Positions 1-9,444 of a stretch of 64,000 bases of DNA are shown one piece after another. The notes beneath the pieces are model-generated. The model was given only the letters and a program-made list of their open reading frames with translations. It was not told the DNA's origin and did no database searches. Each line of letters opens with the position of its first letter. The first letter of the stretch is position 1. This DNA is from an uncultured Actinomycetes bacterium (GTDB lineage: Bacteria; Actinomycetota; Thermoleophilia; UBA2241), in contig CAVRZA010000003.1 in the NCBI GenBank assembly GCA_963725665.1, forward strand, positions 64,001 through 128,000. The letters are read 5' to 3'. The position numbers and the translations under genes are program-made.

Positions 1-161
1 ATGCCAAGGTGTACTACCCTTCGGAAGCCTTGTTTGGGCGATGGTAAGATAGCCCGGTCAACAGGGGCCAGCGGCAGGAGGATCGGCGGTGACCCTCAGC
101 AGCCGTGTTGCGCTGGGGTGACGGTCCGGCGGGGTCGGGAGCTACGAGGGAAAGGAGCGCC

Positions 162-1517
162 ATGAGTCGGACGGACGGCCTCTACACGGCGGTGCAGAGG
201 CGCCTCATCACCGAGATCCTCAAACTGGCGACGAGCGACAACAAGAAGAACATCGTGCGCGCCTTCGAGCTGGCCGAGAGGATCACCCCCGACAACCACA
301 AGTACGAGATGCGCTTCGTCAGGGAGAAGGTCGAGACCGACCACCCCGCCCTCAACATCGCGCGCCACGTCATCAACCTGACGCCCAAGTGCCGCGACGG
401 CTTCATCAACGCCTTCGTCTTCAACTGTCTTCTTCGCGGTTCGCAGAAGCGTCAGGACTTCAACAAGCGCACCGGCATCCCGACGCCGTTCGTGGTGCTC
501 ATGAGCCCGACGATGCGCTGCAACCTCACCTGCGAGGGCTGCTACGCCGCCGAGTACTCGCCCGACAGCGACATGACCACCGAGCTCATGCAGAGTATCG
601 TCGAGCAGGCCAACGACATGGGCGTCTACCTGTTCACGATCCTCGGCGGCGAGCCCTTCGTGCGTGAGGACCTGCTCGACTTCTGCGCCGCCAACCCCGA
701 CGCCTACTTCCAGATCTATACCAACGGCACGCTCCTCGACGACGAGACGATCGCGCGTATGGCCGACGTCGGTAACGTGGCGCCCATGCTGAGCATCGAG
801 GGCGACGAGGAGATGACCGACGAGCGCCGCGGGCACGGTGTGTACCGGGGCCTCATGGAGGCCATGAACAAGCTGCACGACGCCGGCATCCTCTTCGGCT
901 ACTCGGCCACGGTGACCAAGAAGAACTGGTCGATGCTGGTCAGCGACGAGTTCGTCGATCCGCTCGTGGCCAAAGGCGCCTCGATCTCGTGGCACTTCCT
1001 CTACATGCCGGTGGGCCGCGACCCCGACACGACCCTCATGCTGACCCCGTCTGAGCGCAACGAGTTCCGTCTCGGCATCGACCGCATCCGCTCGACCAAG
1101 GCGATGTTCCCCATCGACTTCTGGGGCGACGCGCCGTGGGTCAAGGGCTGCATCGCCGGCAAGCACTACATCCACATCAACAACGAAGGCTGGGTCGAGC
1201 CCTGCATCTTCTGTCACTTCGCCACGCACAACGTCAAGGAGTCGACTCTGGCGGAGGCCTTCGGGGCGCCCTTCTTCCAGGAGATCCGCAGGCGCCAGCC
1301 GTTCAACCACAACCTGCTCATGCCGTGCATGCTCATCGACAACCCGACGATCTCGCGCGAGATCGTCGAGGTGACGGGGGCTCGTCCCACGCACGACGGC
1401 GCCGAGGTGATGCTCACCGAGCTGCGCAAGGAGCTCGACGAGTACGCGGCCGAGGTCGAGCGCGTCTACGACCCGATCTGGTCGTGCATGTCCGGCAAGA
1501 AGCCTGAAGAAGACTGA
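162..1517 (+). CDS. Radical SAM protein with SPASM/twitch C-terminal domain
   Basis: CxxxCxxC motif (CNLTCEGC), GGEP, YTNGTL, C-terminal CIAG...VEPC...PC. ATG at 162 follows an AAGGAG RBS (the ORF track starts at 105). Confidence 0.9.
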   Translation: MSRTDGLYTAVQRRLITEILKLATSDNKKNIVRAFELAERITPDNHKYEMRFVREKVETDHPALNIARHVINLTPKCRDGFINAFVFNCLLRGSQKRQDFNKRTGIPTPFVVLMSPTMRCNLTCEGCYAAEYSPDSDMTTELMQSIVEQANDMGVYLFTILGGEPFVREDLLDFCAANPDAYFQIYTNGTLLDDETIARMADVGNVAPMLSIEGDEEMTDERRGHGVYRGLMEAMNKLHDAGILFGYSATVTKKNWSMLVSDEFVDPLVAKGASISWHFLYMPVGRDPDTTLMLTPSERNEFRLGIDRIRSTKAMFPIDFWGDAPWVKGCIAGKHYIHINNEGWVEPCIFCHFATHNVKESTLAEAFGAPFFQEIRRRQPFNHNLLMPCMLIDNPTISREIVEVTGARPTHDGAEVMLTELRKELDEYAAEVERVYDPIWSCMSGKKPEED

Positions 1518-1538
1518 CGCGGCGCTTGTAGATGATGA

Positions 1539-1572
1539 GGCGGGGGCGGCGCCGGTAGGCGCCGCCCCCGCC
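1539..1572. repeat. GC-rich palindrome (REP-like or terminator), copy 1
   Basis: GGCGGGGGCGGCGCC-GGTA-GGCGCCGCCCCCGCC followed by GTTTCCGTTT; near-identical copy at 2247-2281. Confidence 0.8.
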
Positions 1573-1660
1573 GTTTCCGTTTCGGCGCCGCGTGGTACTG
1601 TCTAGGCTCCCGTTGCAGGACAAGGCTGCGTCGGGCTCTGTCGGGTACCAGGAGGTCAAC

Positions 1661-2239
1661 GTGGAGCCACAGCATCGCGCCGCCGCGAGTAGCGCCCTCC
1701 GCGCGGCAGTCGGCGCTTCTCTCATCACCGCCCGCGCCGCCCTGTGGGTCGCTCCTCTCGTCGTCCTTGTCGCGGCGGTGGCGCTCGTCGTCGGTTGCGG
1801 CAGCACGACCGTGACGACGCTGTCGCCAGCGGCGAGCGTGTCACCGAGCGCGAGTCCGTCGTCGGCGCTGCCTGTCTACGACGAGTCGATCGGTGGCATC
1901 TATCAGATCGCCGGCGTCGAGCTCGAGCCGGGCGACGATACCGTGCGGCTGGTCTTCGTCGCGCCGGCGGCCGCCGAGCGGCCGCTCGTGCGACTGCGGC
2001 CGAGAGCCGGCGCCGTCGACATCGTGATGACCGACTCACGACCGCTGCCCGCCGTCGTCCACACGTACCCCGGCGGCGACGGCCCGATCGTCAGAGGGCG
2101 GTTCGTCTTCCCGCCCGACGACGCGACGGTCTACTTCCGTCTCAGGCTGCGCGGCGGGGCGACGGACGATGCCAGCTCCATGGTGTGGGAGACGCTCAGC
2201 CCGAGTGTCATGCGGCTCGCTGTGAAGGTGAGCCACTGA
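1661..2239 (+). CDS. Putative lipoprotein with possible AMIN-like domain
   Basis: Hydrophobic segment ending in a lipobox-like LVVGC, Ser/Pro/Thr linker, beta-rich C-terminus (DTVRLVF). GTG at 1661 follows GGAGG. Confidence 0.6.
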   Translation: MEPQHRAAASSALRAAVGASLITARAALWVAPLVVLVAAVALVVGCGSTTVTTLSPAASVSPSASPSSALPVYDESIGGIYQIAGVELEPGDDTVRLVFVAPAAAERPLVRLRPRAGAVDIVMTDSRPLPAVVHTYPGGDGPIVRGRFVFPPDDATVYFRLRLRGGATDDASSMVWETLSPSVMRLAVKVSH

Positions 2240-2246
2240 CGTGGCT

Positions 2247-2281
2247 GGGCGGGGCGGCGCCGGTAGGCGCCGCCCCCGCCC
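2247..2281. repeat. GC-rich palindrome (REP-like or terminator), copy 2
   Basis: GGGCGGGGCGGCGCC-GGTA-GGCGCCGCCCCCGCCC, 7 nt after the stop at 2239. Confidence 0.8.
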
Positions 2282-2382
2282 GTCGTCGCCTCCCGTTCAT
2301 TGGACCGCGCCTCGCAACCGTCGTCTGGACTCTCTCGTCCGTGACCGCTAAGGTTTGGCGCGTGCCTGTCGAGTAGGGGAGG

Positions 2383-4920
2383 GTGAGCATGGACCCGAAC
2401 GAAGGCATGCGCGGCGGCGGTCTCAAGTGCGTTCCCCGAGCGGTCGCTCTCTCCACGCGGCACCCCAGACGGCCTCACAGGAAGCGCGCGGGGCGGCTCG
2501 CCCTCGTGACGTCGCTGGTCGCGGCCGCCGCGTTCTGCGCGGTGTGGTCCGCACCGCGCGTCAGCGCGTCGGCCTCCTCGTGGCTCGCCACTCCCACAAC
2601 TACGGCGCGTCTGGTCGCCGTGCCGCTGCCCGCCGCGGTAAGCGGCGCGAGCGGCGCGCTCCGCCTTGGCGCCGACGGCGGCGCCGCTCGCGCCGCCTCC
2701 CCGCGTGCGATCGACGCCGGTCTGCGCTTCAACATGCTCGGCGTGCTGCTGAAGAGCAGTCGTCCCTACGACCCAGATCTCGACGTGCGCGTGAGGACGA
2801 GCCTGGACGGCGTCACCTGGAGCGATTGGATGCGCCTCCGGTTCGTGAGGAGCGAGGGCACACCGGGAAGCGCCTTCGACCGCAACGACACCTGCTCCGA
2901 ACCGTTGTGGGTCGGTGAGGCCCGCTACCTGCAGTACACGGTCGGGCTGACCTCGGGCGCTACCGCGGTCGACGTGTCGAACGTGCGCTTCTCGTTCATC
3001 AACACGCTCGGTGACGCCGGTGCGGGCGACGCGCTCGTGAGCACGCTGAAGCGCAGCCTGTCGTTCGTCGCCGGCATCGGTCATGTGACGCCGGCGCTCT
3101 CCCTGGCCGCTCGTCCGCCGATCGTGACACGGGCCCAGTGGGGCGCCGATGAGAGCCTGCGCTCCGGCAGCCCCAGCTACGCCGCGCTACGCATGGTGTT
3201 CATCCACCACACGGCCGGCGGCAACAGCTACTCGCGGTCAGAGGCTCCGGCAGTGGTGCGCGGCGTCTACTACTACCACACGCGCGTGCACGGCTGGTCG
3301 GACATCGGCTACAACTTCCTCGTCGACCGCTACGGCACCATCTACGAAGGACGCTACGGAGGCATGACGCGCGGAGTCGTGGGTGCGCAGGTTCTCGGCT
3401 TCAACACGCACAGCGCCGGCGTCTCGGTGATGGGCACGTTCGATCAGGCGCCGCCACCGGGTGCGGCCGTCTACGCGCTCGAGAAGTTGATCGCCTGGCG
3501 GCTCGACGTGGCCCACGTGAACCCGCTCGGCCAGGCACGCATGACCTGCTCGACGAGCGATCGGTACGCCGCGGGCAAGACCGTCACCTTCCCGGTCATC
3601 GCCGCCCACCGCCAGGCCAACTACACGAGCTGCCCGGGGAACGCCTTCAACGCCGTTCTACCGGAGATCCGCGCCGCGGTGGCGCAGCGGGGTCAGCCGA
3701 AGATCTACGCTCCCTCCTCGTCGGCCACGGCCCTCAGCCCCGACGGTGACGGTGTCGGCGACATCGTCACGCTGACGGCGGTGCTGTCCCAGACGGCGGA
3801 CTGGACGATCGACATCGAGGGCACGGGAGGGGCCGTGGTGCGCCAGTTCTCCGGTCGGGGCAAGGCCATCGAGGCGTCATGGGACGGACGCGACGGGGAT
3901 GGAGCACCGGTCGCCGACGGTCCCTACGACATAGTCATGACCGGCTCGAACGCCCACGGCGTGACTAGGTCGGCGGTGGTGAGGATCATCGTCGACACGG
4001 TGCCGCCGACGGTCAGCGGGGTGGGCGCGACACTGGCCGTGAGCCCCAACGGCGACGGTATCGGCGACGTGAGGGCCGTCGCTTATGCGGTGAACGAAGC
4101 GGGGCGTGTCCGGGTACGGGTCTACGACAAGGATGACGTCCTGGTGCGCACTGTTCTTGCGGCGCTGTGGGTATCGCCGGGCTCTCACTCGGTGACGTGG
4201 GACGGCAAGGTCTCCTCTCCATCGGGCCTCGTGCCCGCGCCCAGCGGAAGCTACACGGTGCGCGTCAGGGAGGTCGACGCCGCCGGCAACGCCGGCAGCG
4301 GCAGCGGGCCGGCCAAGGTGAATCTGACCCTCGGATTCCCCAAGGCGGCGCCGCGCTACTTCTCGCCCAATGGCGACGGTGTTCGCGATACCAGCCTGCT
4401 CGGCTTCAAGCTTGCCCTGGCCGCATCGGTCAAGGTCGTCGTCAAGGACGCCTCCGGGGTCGTGCGCAGCTTCTCTCTGGGCGCTCTGCAGCCGGGCGCC
4501 GCCGGCGCTACCTGGGACGGCAACACCGATGCCGGCAGGGCTCCCGGCGGCGGCTACACGTTCACCGTCACGGCCACCAACTCCCTGGGCGCCATCACGG
4601 TGTCGGGCCCCATCTCCCTCGACCGCTACGTCCCCCGGTCGAGCGTGCCGGCCGACTTCTCGATCGCCCGCGGCAGCAGGATCGGCTACGTCTACTCGGT
4701 GAAGGACCCGTACGCGAAGGACGTGTACGTGCACGTCGAGGTACGCAGCGGCAAGGGCGTCCTTCTCGCGAACCTCATCCCCGGCTGGGTGATGACGGGC
4801 GTGCGGCACAAGATCTCGTATCGGCCGCCGGGCCGCGGCACGTACGTCTTCACGCTCTACGCCCGGGACCGCGCCGGCAACGTGGCCGCGCCGGCAACGA
4901 CTACCGTCAAGGTGCGCTAG
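2383..4920 (+). CDS. Secreted N-acetylmuramoyl-L-alanine amidase (Amidase_2/PGRP type) with FlgD-like Ig repeats
   Basis: IVTRAQWGADES, FIHHTAG, GWSDIGYNFLVD, YEGR, AHR...TSCPG; three SP(N/D)GDG...WDG...Y FlgD-Ig repeats; signal-like N-terminus. Confidence 0.9.
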   Translation: MSMDPNEGMRGGGLKCVPRAVALSTRHPRRPHRKRAGRLALVTSLVAAAAFCAVWSAPRVSASASSWLATPTTTARLVAVPLPAAVSGASGALRLGADGGAARAASPRAIDAGLRFNMLGVLLKSSRPYDPDLDVRVRTSLDGVTWSDWMRLRFVRSEGTPGSAFDRNDTCSEPLWVGEARYLQYTVGLTSGATAVDVSNVRFSFINTLGDAGAGDALVSTLKRSLSFVAGIGHVTPALSLAARPPIVTRAQWGADESLRSGSPSYAALRMVFIHHTAGGNSYSRSEAPAVVRGVYYYHTRVHGWSDIGYNFLVDRYGTIYEGRYGGMTRGVVGAQVLGFNTHSAGVSVMGTFDQAPPPGAAVYALEKLIAWRLDVAHVNPLGQARMTCSTSDRYAAGKTVTFPVIAAHRQANYTSCPGNAFNAVLPEIRAAVAQRGQPKIYAPSSSATALSPDGDGVGDIVTLTAVLSQTADWTIDIEGTGGAVVRQFSGRGKAIEASWDGRDGDGAPVADGPYDIVMTGSNAHGVTRSAVVRIIVDTVPPTVSGVGATLAVSPNGDGIGDVRAVAYAVNEAGRVRVRVYDKDDVLVRTVLAALWVSPGSHSVTWDGKVSSPSGLVPAPSGSYTVRVREVDAAGNAGSGSGPAKVNLTLGFPKAAPRYFSPNGDGVRDTSLLGFKLALAASVKVVVKDASGVVRSFSLGALQPGAAGATWDGNTDAGRAPGGGYTFTVTATNSLGAITVSGPISLDRYVPRSSVPADFSIARGSRIGYVYSVKDPYAKDVYVHVEVRSGKGVLLANLIPGWVMTGVRHKISYRPPGRGTYVFTLYARDRAGNVAAPATTTVKVR

Positions 4921-5029
4921 CCGCTCGACGAAGCGTGCGTGTCGGCGCCGCGCTAGTGTCGCCGACGGCGGTCGACCTGAACTTTCTACAGGATTCAAGT
5001 CGCCGCAGCGTCCTGACGATGATGGCGAC

Positions 5030-8000
5030 ATGGCGAAGAGCTTCAAGACGCGACGCGGCGCGGTTGCCGTCGATGAGTGGCTGACGGTCACGCAGGCGGC
5101 GGACCTGCTCGGCGTCGCCGCCCACACTCTGCGTGACTGGACGGCCAAGGGCGTGGTCGAGGCGAGCCGCACGGCCGGGGGCCATCGTCGCTACCGCAAG
5201 GCCGACCTCGAGCGCTTCCGTGCCGCGCGCGCCGAGGCCGACTCGCTCGATGACGTCTTCCACCGGCTGAACGAGCTCAGCACCCTGGCCGGCGTCTCGC
5301 AGGCGGTGTTCTCGGCCCTGGAGCTCGAGGAGCTGCTGCCTCTCGTCTGCCAGAAGCTGGTCGAGACCATGGGTTGCACCGGGGCGGTGATCTCCGACTT
5401 CGACGCGGAGGCCGGGGACGTGGTGACCGCTTGGGAGCACGCGACCGGCGACGCCACGTGGCGGCCGGGGACCCGGTACGCGCTGCGCGACTATCCGGCG
5501 ACGAGACGGGTCGTCGAGCGTCAGGGCTCCTACGTCGCCAACCTCAACGATCCCGCGGTCGACCCTGCCGAGCGTGACGTGCTCGTCGCGGACGGCAATC
5601 AGAGCGCGCTCGTCCTGCCGCTGGTGTACAAGGGCGAGACGATCGGCATCGTCGAGTGTTTCGACCGCGCGCGCGAGCGCAGCTACTCGCAGGGCGAGCT
5701 GGCGCTCGCGCGCGCCATCTGCGACCGCATCGCCGTGGCCGTCTACAACTCGCGCCTCTTCGATCGCCTGCGGCGGCAGAACGACGATCTCGAGCTGGTG
5801 CTGGACGCGGTCAAGGCGATCGGCTCGAGCCGCGATCTGCAAGAAGCGCTCGAGACGATCGCCCGGCGCCTGACCGAGGCGATGGACGTGGCCTGGTGCG
5901 ACATCTACGACTACGATCCGGCACGCCAGGATCTTACGGTCGTCGCCTACTACCAGGTACCCTCAGTGCCTCCATCACCCGGCTGGCTGGGGACACGCTT
6001 CACGCCCGAGGAGTGGTCCGATCTGAGGCGGGCCATCGAGCAGCACGAGACCACGCTCTTGCAGGCGAGCGATCCGACGCTGCCTGAGCCTATGCGGGCG
6101 GCGCTGGAAGCATGGAGCGAGAAGTCGACGATGACCGTCCCCCTCCTGTACGAGGGCGAGCTCGTCGGCGTGCTCGACATCGCGGAGTCGCGCTGGGAGA
6201 GGGTCTTCAGCGAGAACGACGTGCGTCTGGTGCAAGCCATCGCCGCGCAGGCGACCTCGGTGGTGCACAACATGCGGCTGTACGACCAGACGCGCCGACG
6301 TAACCGCGAGCTGCAGCTCCTTCTGGACACCGGTGAAGTCATCGCCTCGTCGATGAATCTCCCTGATGCGCTGGGCAAGGTGACCGAGTGGCTGACTCAT
6401 GCCCTCGACGTGGCGTGGGCGGACATCTACGAGTACGACCCGGGCAGCGACGAGCTGAGGGTCCTGGCCTTCTACCAGATCGAAGGCGTGCCCTCCTCCG
6501 AGGGTTGGCTGGACACGAGCATCCCGAGCGACCTCCTGAGCGAATGGCACCGCAGCATCCACGAGCGTTGCGCGGTCACCGTCTACGCAGAGGATCCCCG
6601 CCTGCCGGCGCGAGATCTGGCCGAGATGGAGAAGTGGGGGGAGCGCGCGACGCTGGTCGTACCCCTCATCTACCGTGAGGAGGTCATCGGCCTGCTCGAC
6701 GTCGCCGAGTCTCGCTTTCAGCGTCGTTTCGGCGAGGAGGAGGCGCGGCTCGTCTTGGCGATCGCCAACCAGCTCGGCTTGGCCGTCCACAATCTGAGGC
6801 TCTTCGAGGCGACGCGCCGTCGCAGCGAGGAGCTCGCCGCCGCGCTGCGTATCACCGAGACCGTCACCTCGAGCAGCGATGTCGACACGGTACTGCACAC
6901 CGTCGTGAGCACGCTGCGCGAGTCCCTCAATCTATCGTGGTGCGAGATCTACGACTTCGATCCCGCCTCCGGCATCCTTAGCCTCGCGGCGCACTCGTAC
7001 CTGGAGCCACTCGACCTCGGAGACTGGGACGGCGTCTATTCGATCGACGAGGCCCCCACGCTGGCCGGCGCGGTCGCCGAGAAGCGGCCCCTCGTGGCCT
7101 ATGTCGACGATCCCGCGCTGCCCCCCGACACGCGCGCTGACATGCAGCGCTGGGGCGACAAGGCTTCGCTCTACGTGCCCATGGTCTACGGCGGGGAAGT
7201 GGTCGGCGTCGTCTACGGCGCCGAGGTCCGAGGCCTGCGGCGCTTCAGCGCCGACGACATACGGCTGGCGACGCTCATGGCGGCGCAGGCGGCCGCAGTC
7301 ATCGAGACGGCCCGGGGGCGAGCGCGCGAGCTCGCCGATCGCGAGCAGCTCGCACGCTTCAACCGCCGTCTGAACAGCCTCGTCGAGTTCTCCTCCGAGA
7401 TGCGCGGCCTCGTCGAGGTCGACGACCTGGTGGCCTTGCTCGGGCGTGTCGTCACTGAGGCGCTCGAGCTGCGGCAGTGGGCGCTCTACCTGCACGACGC
7501 CGAGAGTGACAGCTTCAGGGTGAGCGGTGCGTTGGGCGTAGACCGCGCGATGAGCGACCACTACAAGGGGCTCGTCGTCCCGGCAGCCGCTCTGAGGGGA
7601 CTGATCGCCGACGCCACACCGATCTCGTCGTCGTTCTTCGTCGATCATCGCGTCCATACCTGGAGCGATGAGGAGAACGCCTTCTTCAAGGCGGTCGATT
7701 TCGGCAGCGGCATCGACGGGGAGTGGCACACTGAGGACACTCTCTTCGTCCCCATGGTCAGCGAGAAAGGCCAGCTTATCGGCTACCTCGAGGCGTACGA
7801 TCCCGTCGACCGGCAGCTCCCCAGCGAGGAGCTGGTGCGGCACCTCGAGGTGTTCGCCGGCAAGGCCGCGAGCACGCTGGAGCTGCTGCGGCTCTACGGT
7901 CAGCTCGAGGAGCAGGCCACGACCGACGGTCTCACCGGCCTCTACAACCACCGTCACCTCCTTCAGCGTGTCGAGGAGGAGGTCGCCAAAGCGCGGCGCT

Positions 8001-8473
8001 ACGGCACGCCGGTGTCGCTCCTCATGATCGACATCGACGACTTCAAGCCCTTCAACGACACGTACGGCCATCCTCAAGGCGACAAGCTGCTGCAGGAGAT
8101 GGCCGACATACTGCGCGCCGGGGTGCGCCAGCAGGTCGACCTGGTGGCGCGCTACGGGGGGGAGGAGTTCGTCGTGCTTCTGCCGAGCACCCCCTCGGGA
8201 GGGGCCGAGGTGGCCGCCGAACGTCTGCGCGAGGACATCCGCGACCCGCGCACCGCCGAGGCGGTCGCTGAGGCCATCCGCTCGGCCATGGCGAACAGCC
8301 GCTTCGAGGGATACCCGCGGCGCAAGGAGGTGCCGGTGACGGTGAGCATCGGCGTCGCCTCGTACCCGAGCCACGCCGCCGATGCGAAGGAGCTCATCGT
8401 CAACTCCGACCGGGCGCTCTACGTGGCGAAGCGTCAGGGTAAGAACCAGACCTGCGTGTACGGCGTCGACTGA
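5030..8473 (+). CDS. Diguanylate cyclase with N-terminal MerR/excisionase-type HTH and five GAF domains
   Basis: LTVTQAADLLGV...TLRDW...RTAGGHRRY (HTH); five GAF-like units; TDGLTGLYN, DIDDFKPFNDTYGH, ARYGGEEF, VTVSIGVA, ALYVAKRQGKN. Confidence 0.9.
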   Translation: MAKSFKTRRGAVAVDEWLTVTQAADLLGVAAHTLRDWTAKGVVEASRTAGGHRRYRKADLERFRAARAEADSLDDVFHRLNELSTLAGVSQAVFSALELEELLPLVCQKLVETMGCTGAVISDFDAEAGDVVTAWEHATGDATWRPGTRYALRDYPATRRVVERQGSYVANLNDPAVDPAERDVLVADGNQSALVLPLVYKGETIGIVECFDRARERSYSQGELALARAICDRIAVAVYNSRLFDRLRRQNDDLELVLDAVKAIGSSRDLQEALETIARRLTEAMDVAWCDIYDYDPARQDLTVVAYYQVPSVPPSPGWLGTRFTPEEWSDLRRAIEQHETTLLQASDPTLPEPMRAALEAWSEKSTMTVPLLYEGELVGVLDIAESRWERVFSENDVRLVQAIAAQATSVVHNMRLYDQTRRRNRELQLLLDTGEVIASSMNLPDALGKVTEWLTHALDVAWADIYEYDPGSDELRVLAFYQIEGVPSSEGWLDTSIPSDLLSEWHRSIHERCAVTVYAEDPRLPARDLAEMEKWGERATLVVPLIYREEVIGLLDVAESRFQRRFGEEEARLVLAIANQLGLAVHNLRLFEATRRRSEELAAALRITETVTSSSDVDTVLHTVVSTLRESLNLSWCEIYDFDPASGILSLAAHSYLEPLDLGDWDGVYSIDEAPTLAGAVAEKRPLVAYVDDPALPPDTRADMQRWGDKASLYVPMVYGGEVVGVVYGAEVRGLRRFSADDIRLATLMAAQAAAVIETARGRARELADREQLARFNRRLNSLVEFSSEMRGLVEVDDLVALLGRVVTEALELRQWALYLHDAESDSFRVSGALGVDRAMSDHYKGLVVPAAALRGLIADATPISSSFFVDHRVHTWSDEENAFFKAVDFGSGIDGEWHTEDTLFVPMVSEKGQLIGYLEAYDPVDRQLPSEELVRHLEVFAGKAASTLELLRLYGQLEEQATTDGLTGLYNHRHLLQRVEEEVAKARRYGTPVSLLMIDIDDFKPFNDTYGHPQGDKLLQEMADILRAGVRQQVDLVARYGGEEFVVLLPSTPSGGAEVAAERLREDIRDPRTAEAVAEAIRSAMANSRFEGYPRRKEVPVTVSIGVASYPSHAADAKELIVNSDRALYVAKRQGKNQTCVYGVD

Positions 8474-8629
8474 CGGGCCGGCACCCGGCGACCCGTCGGA
8501 CGCGGTCGCTCACGCTGGCTAAAAGCGCTGCCGGTTTCTTGCCGTCGGCGTGGATCGCCCGCCACCTTCTGGCGTGCAAGCGCCGGACTCGGTGGTTTTC
8601 TCCTATGCCCATAGGGGTAATGCGCGAGC

Positions 8630-9349
8630 ATGGGATTCACCGATATGCACGCTCACTTCTTGCCCGGCGTCGACGATGGCCCCGCGACGCTCGCGGCGGC
8701 CCTTGACGCGGTGCAGACCGCCGTCGAGGGCGGCACGAGCGTCGCGTTCGCGACGCCGCACATCAGCCGAACGGCTCCCTTCAGCCCCGAGCGGCGCCGA
8801 TTGATTGCTCGGCGCTACGCCCTCGTGCTCGAGGCCATCGAGCAAGCCGAGCTGCCGCTCGACCTCCGGCTCGGCTACGAAGTGACGCCGTGGTCAGAGC
8901 TCCTGCAGGTCGATCCTCGTGCCCTGTGTCTCGGTGACCTGCCGTTCGTGCTCGTCGACTGCCCGTTCGTGGGGTGGCGCGACGAGATCGGCCCCTTCCT
9001 CGACCACGTAAGCGCGCACGGTCTGCAGCCGATCCTCGCCCATCCCGAGCGCAACGATCTCATTCAGTACCACGTCGAGCTGCTCGAACCCTGGCGGCGG
9101 CGCGCTCTGTTGCAGGTCAACGGGTCGAGCCTGCTGGATCAGCACGGCGAGCGGGCGCGGGCGGCGGCGACAGAGATCGTCACGCGGGGCTGGGCTGCGT
9201 TCATCGCCTCCGACGGTCACGGCAGCGAAGGCCGGCCACACCGCATCGACCAGGCCTACGAGGTCGCGAGGCGCTCCGTCGGAGACGGTGCCCTCGGCCT
9301 CGTCACCGGCGTCGCCCTGGGCGAGCCGGCGCGGCAGCAAGCTTCGTAG
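8630..9349 (+). CDS. PHP-family protein-tyrosine phosphatase (CpsB/CapC/YwqE type)
   Basis: DMHAHFLPGVDDG, ATPH, PILAHPERN, IASDGH. Confidence 0.9.
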   Translation: MGFTDMHAHFLPGVDDGPATLAAALDAVQTAVEGGTSVAFATPHISRTAPFSPERRRLIARRYALVLEAIEQAELPLDLRLGYEVTPWSELLQVDPRALCLGDLPFVLVDCPFVGWRDEIGPFLDHVSAHGLQPILAHPERNDLIQYHVELLEPWRRRALLQVNGSSLLDQHGERARAAATEIVTRGWAAFIASDGHGSEGRPHRIDQAYEVARRSVGDGALGLVTGVALGEPARQQAS

Positions 9350-9444
9350 CGCCGGTCATCCTCCTCGGTGAGCCGGTCCTCACGGTCGGCGGAAGGCACC
9401 CGTCGTCGCGGCCGCTTGGAGGGGCAGTATCCTCGCCTTCTGTT

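Noticed and set aside
162-1517. Radical SAM/SPASM protein as a RiPP maturase
   Set aside because: No precursor peptide, PqqD/RRE domain or transporter is visible; context upstream of the window is unknown.
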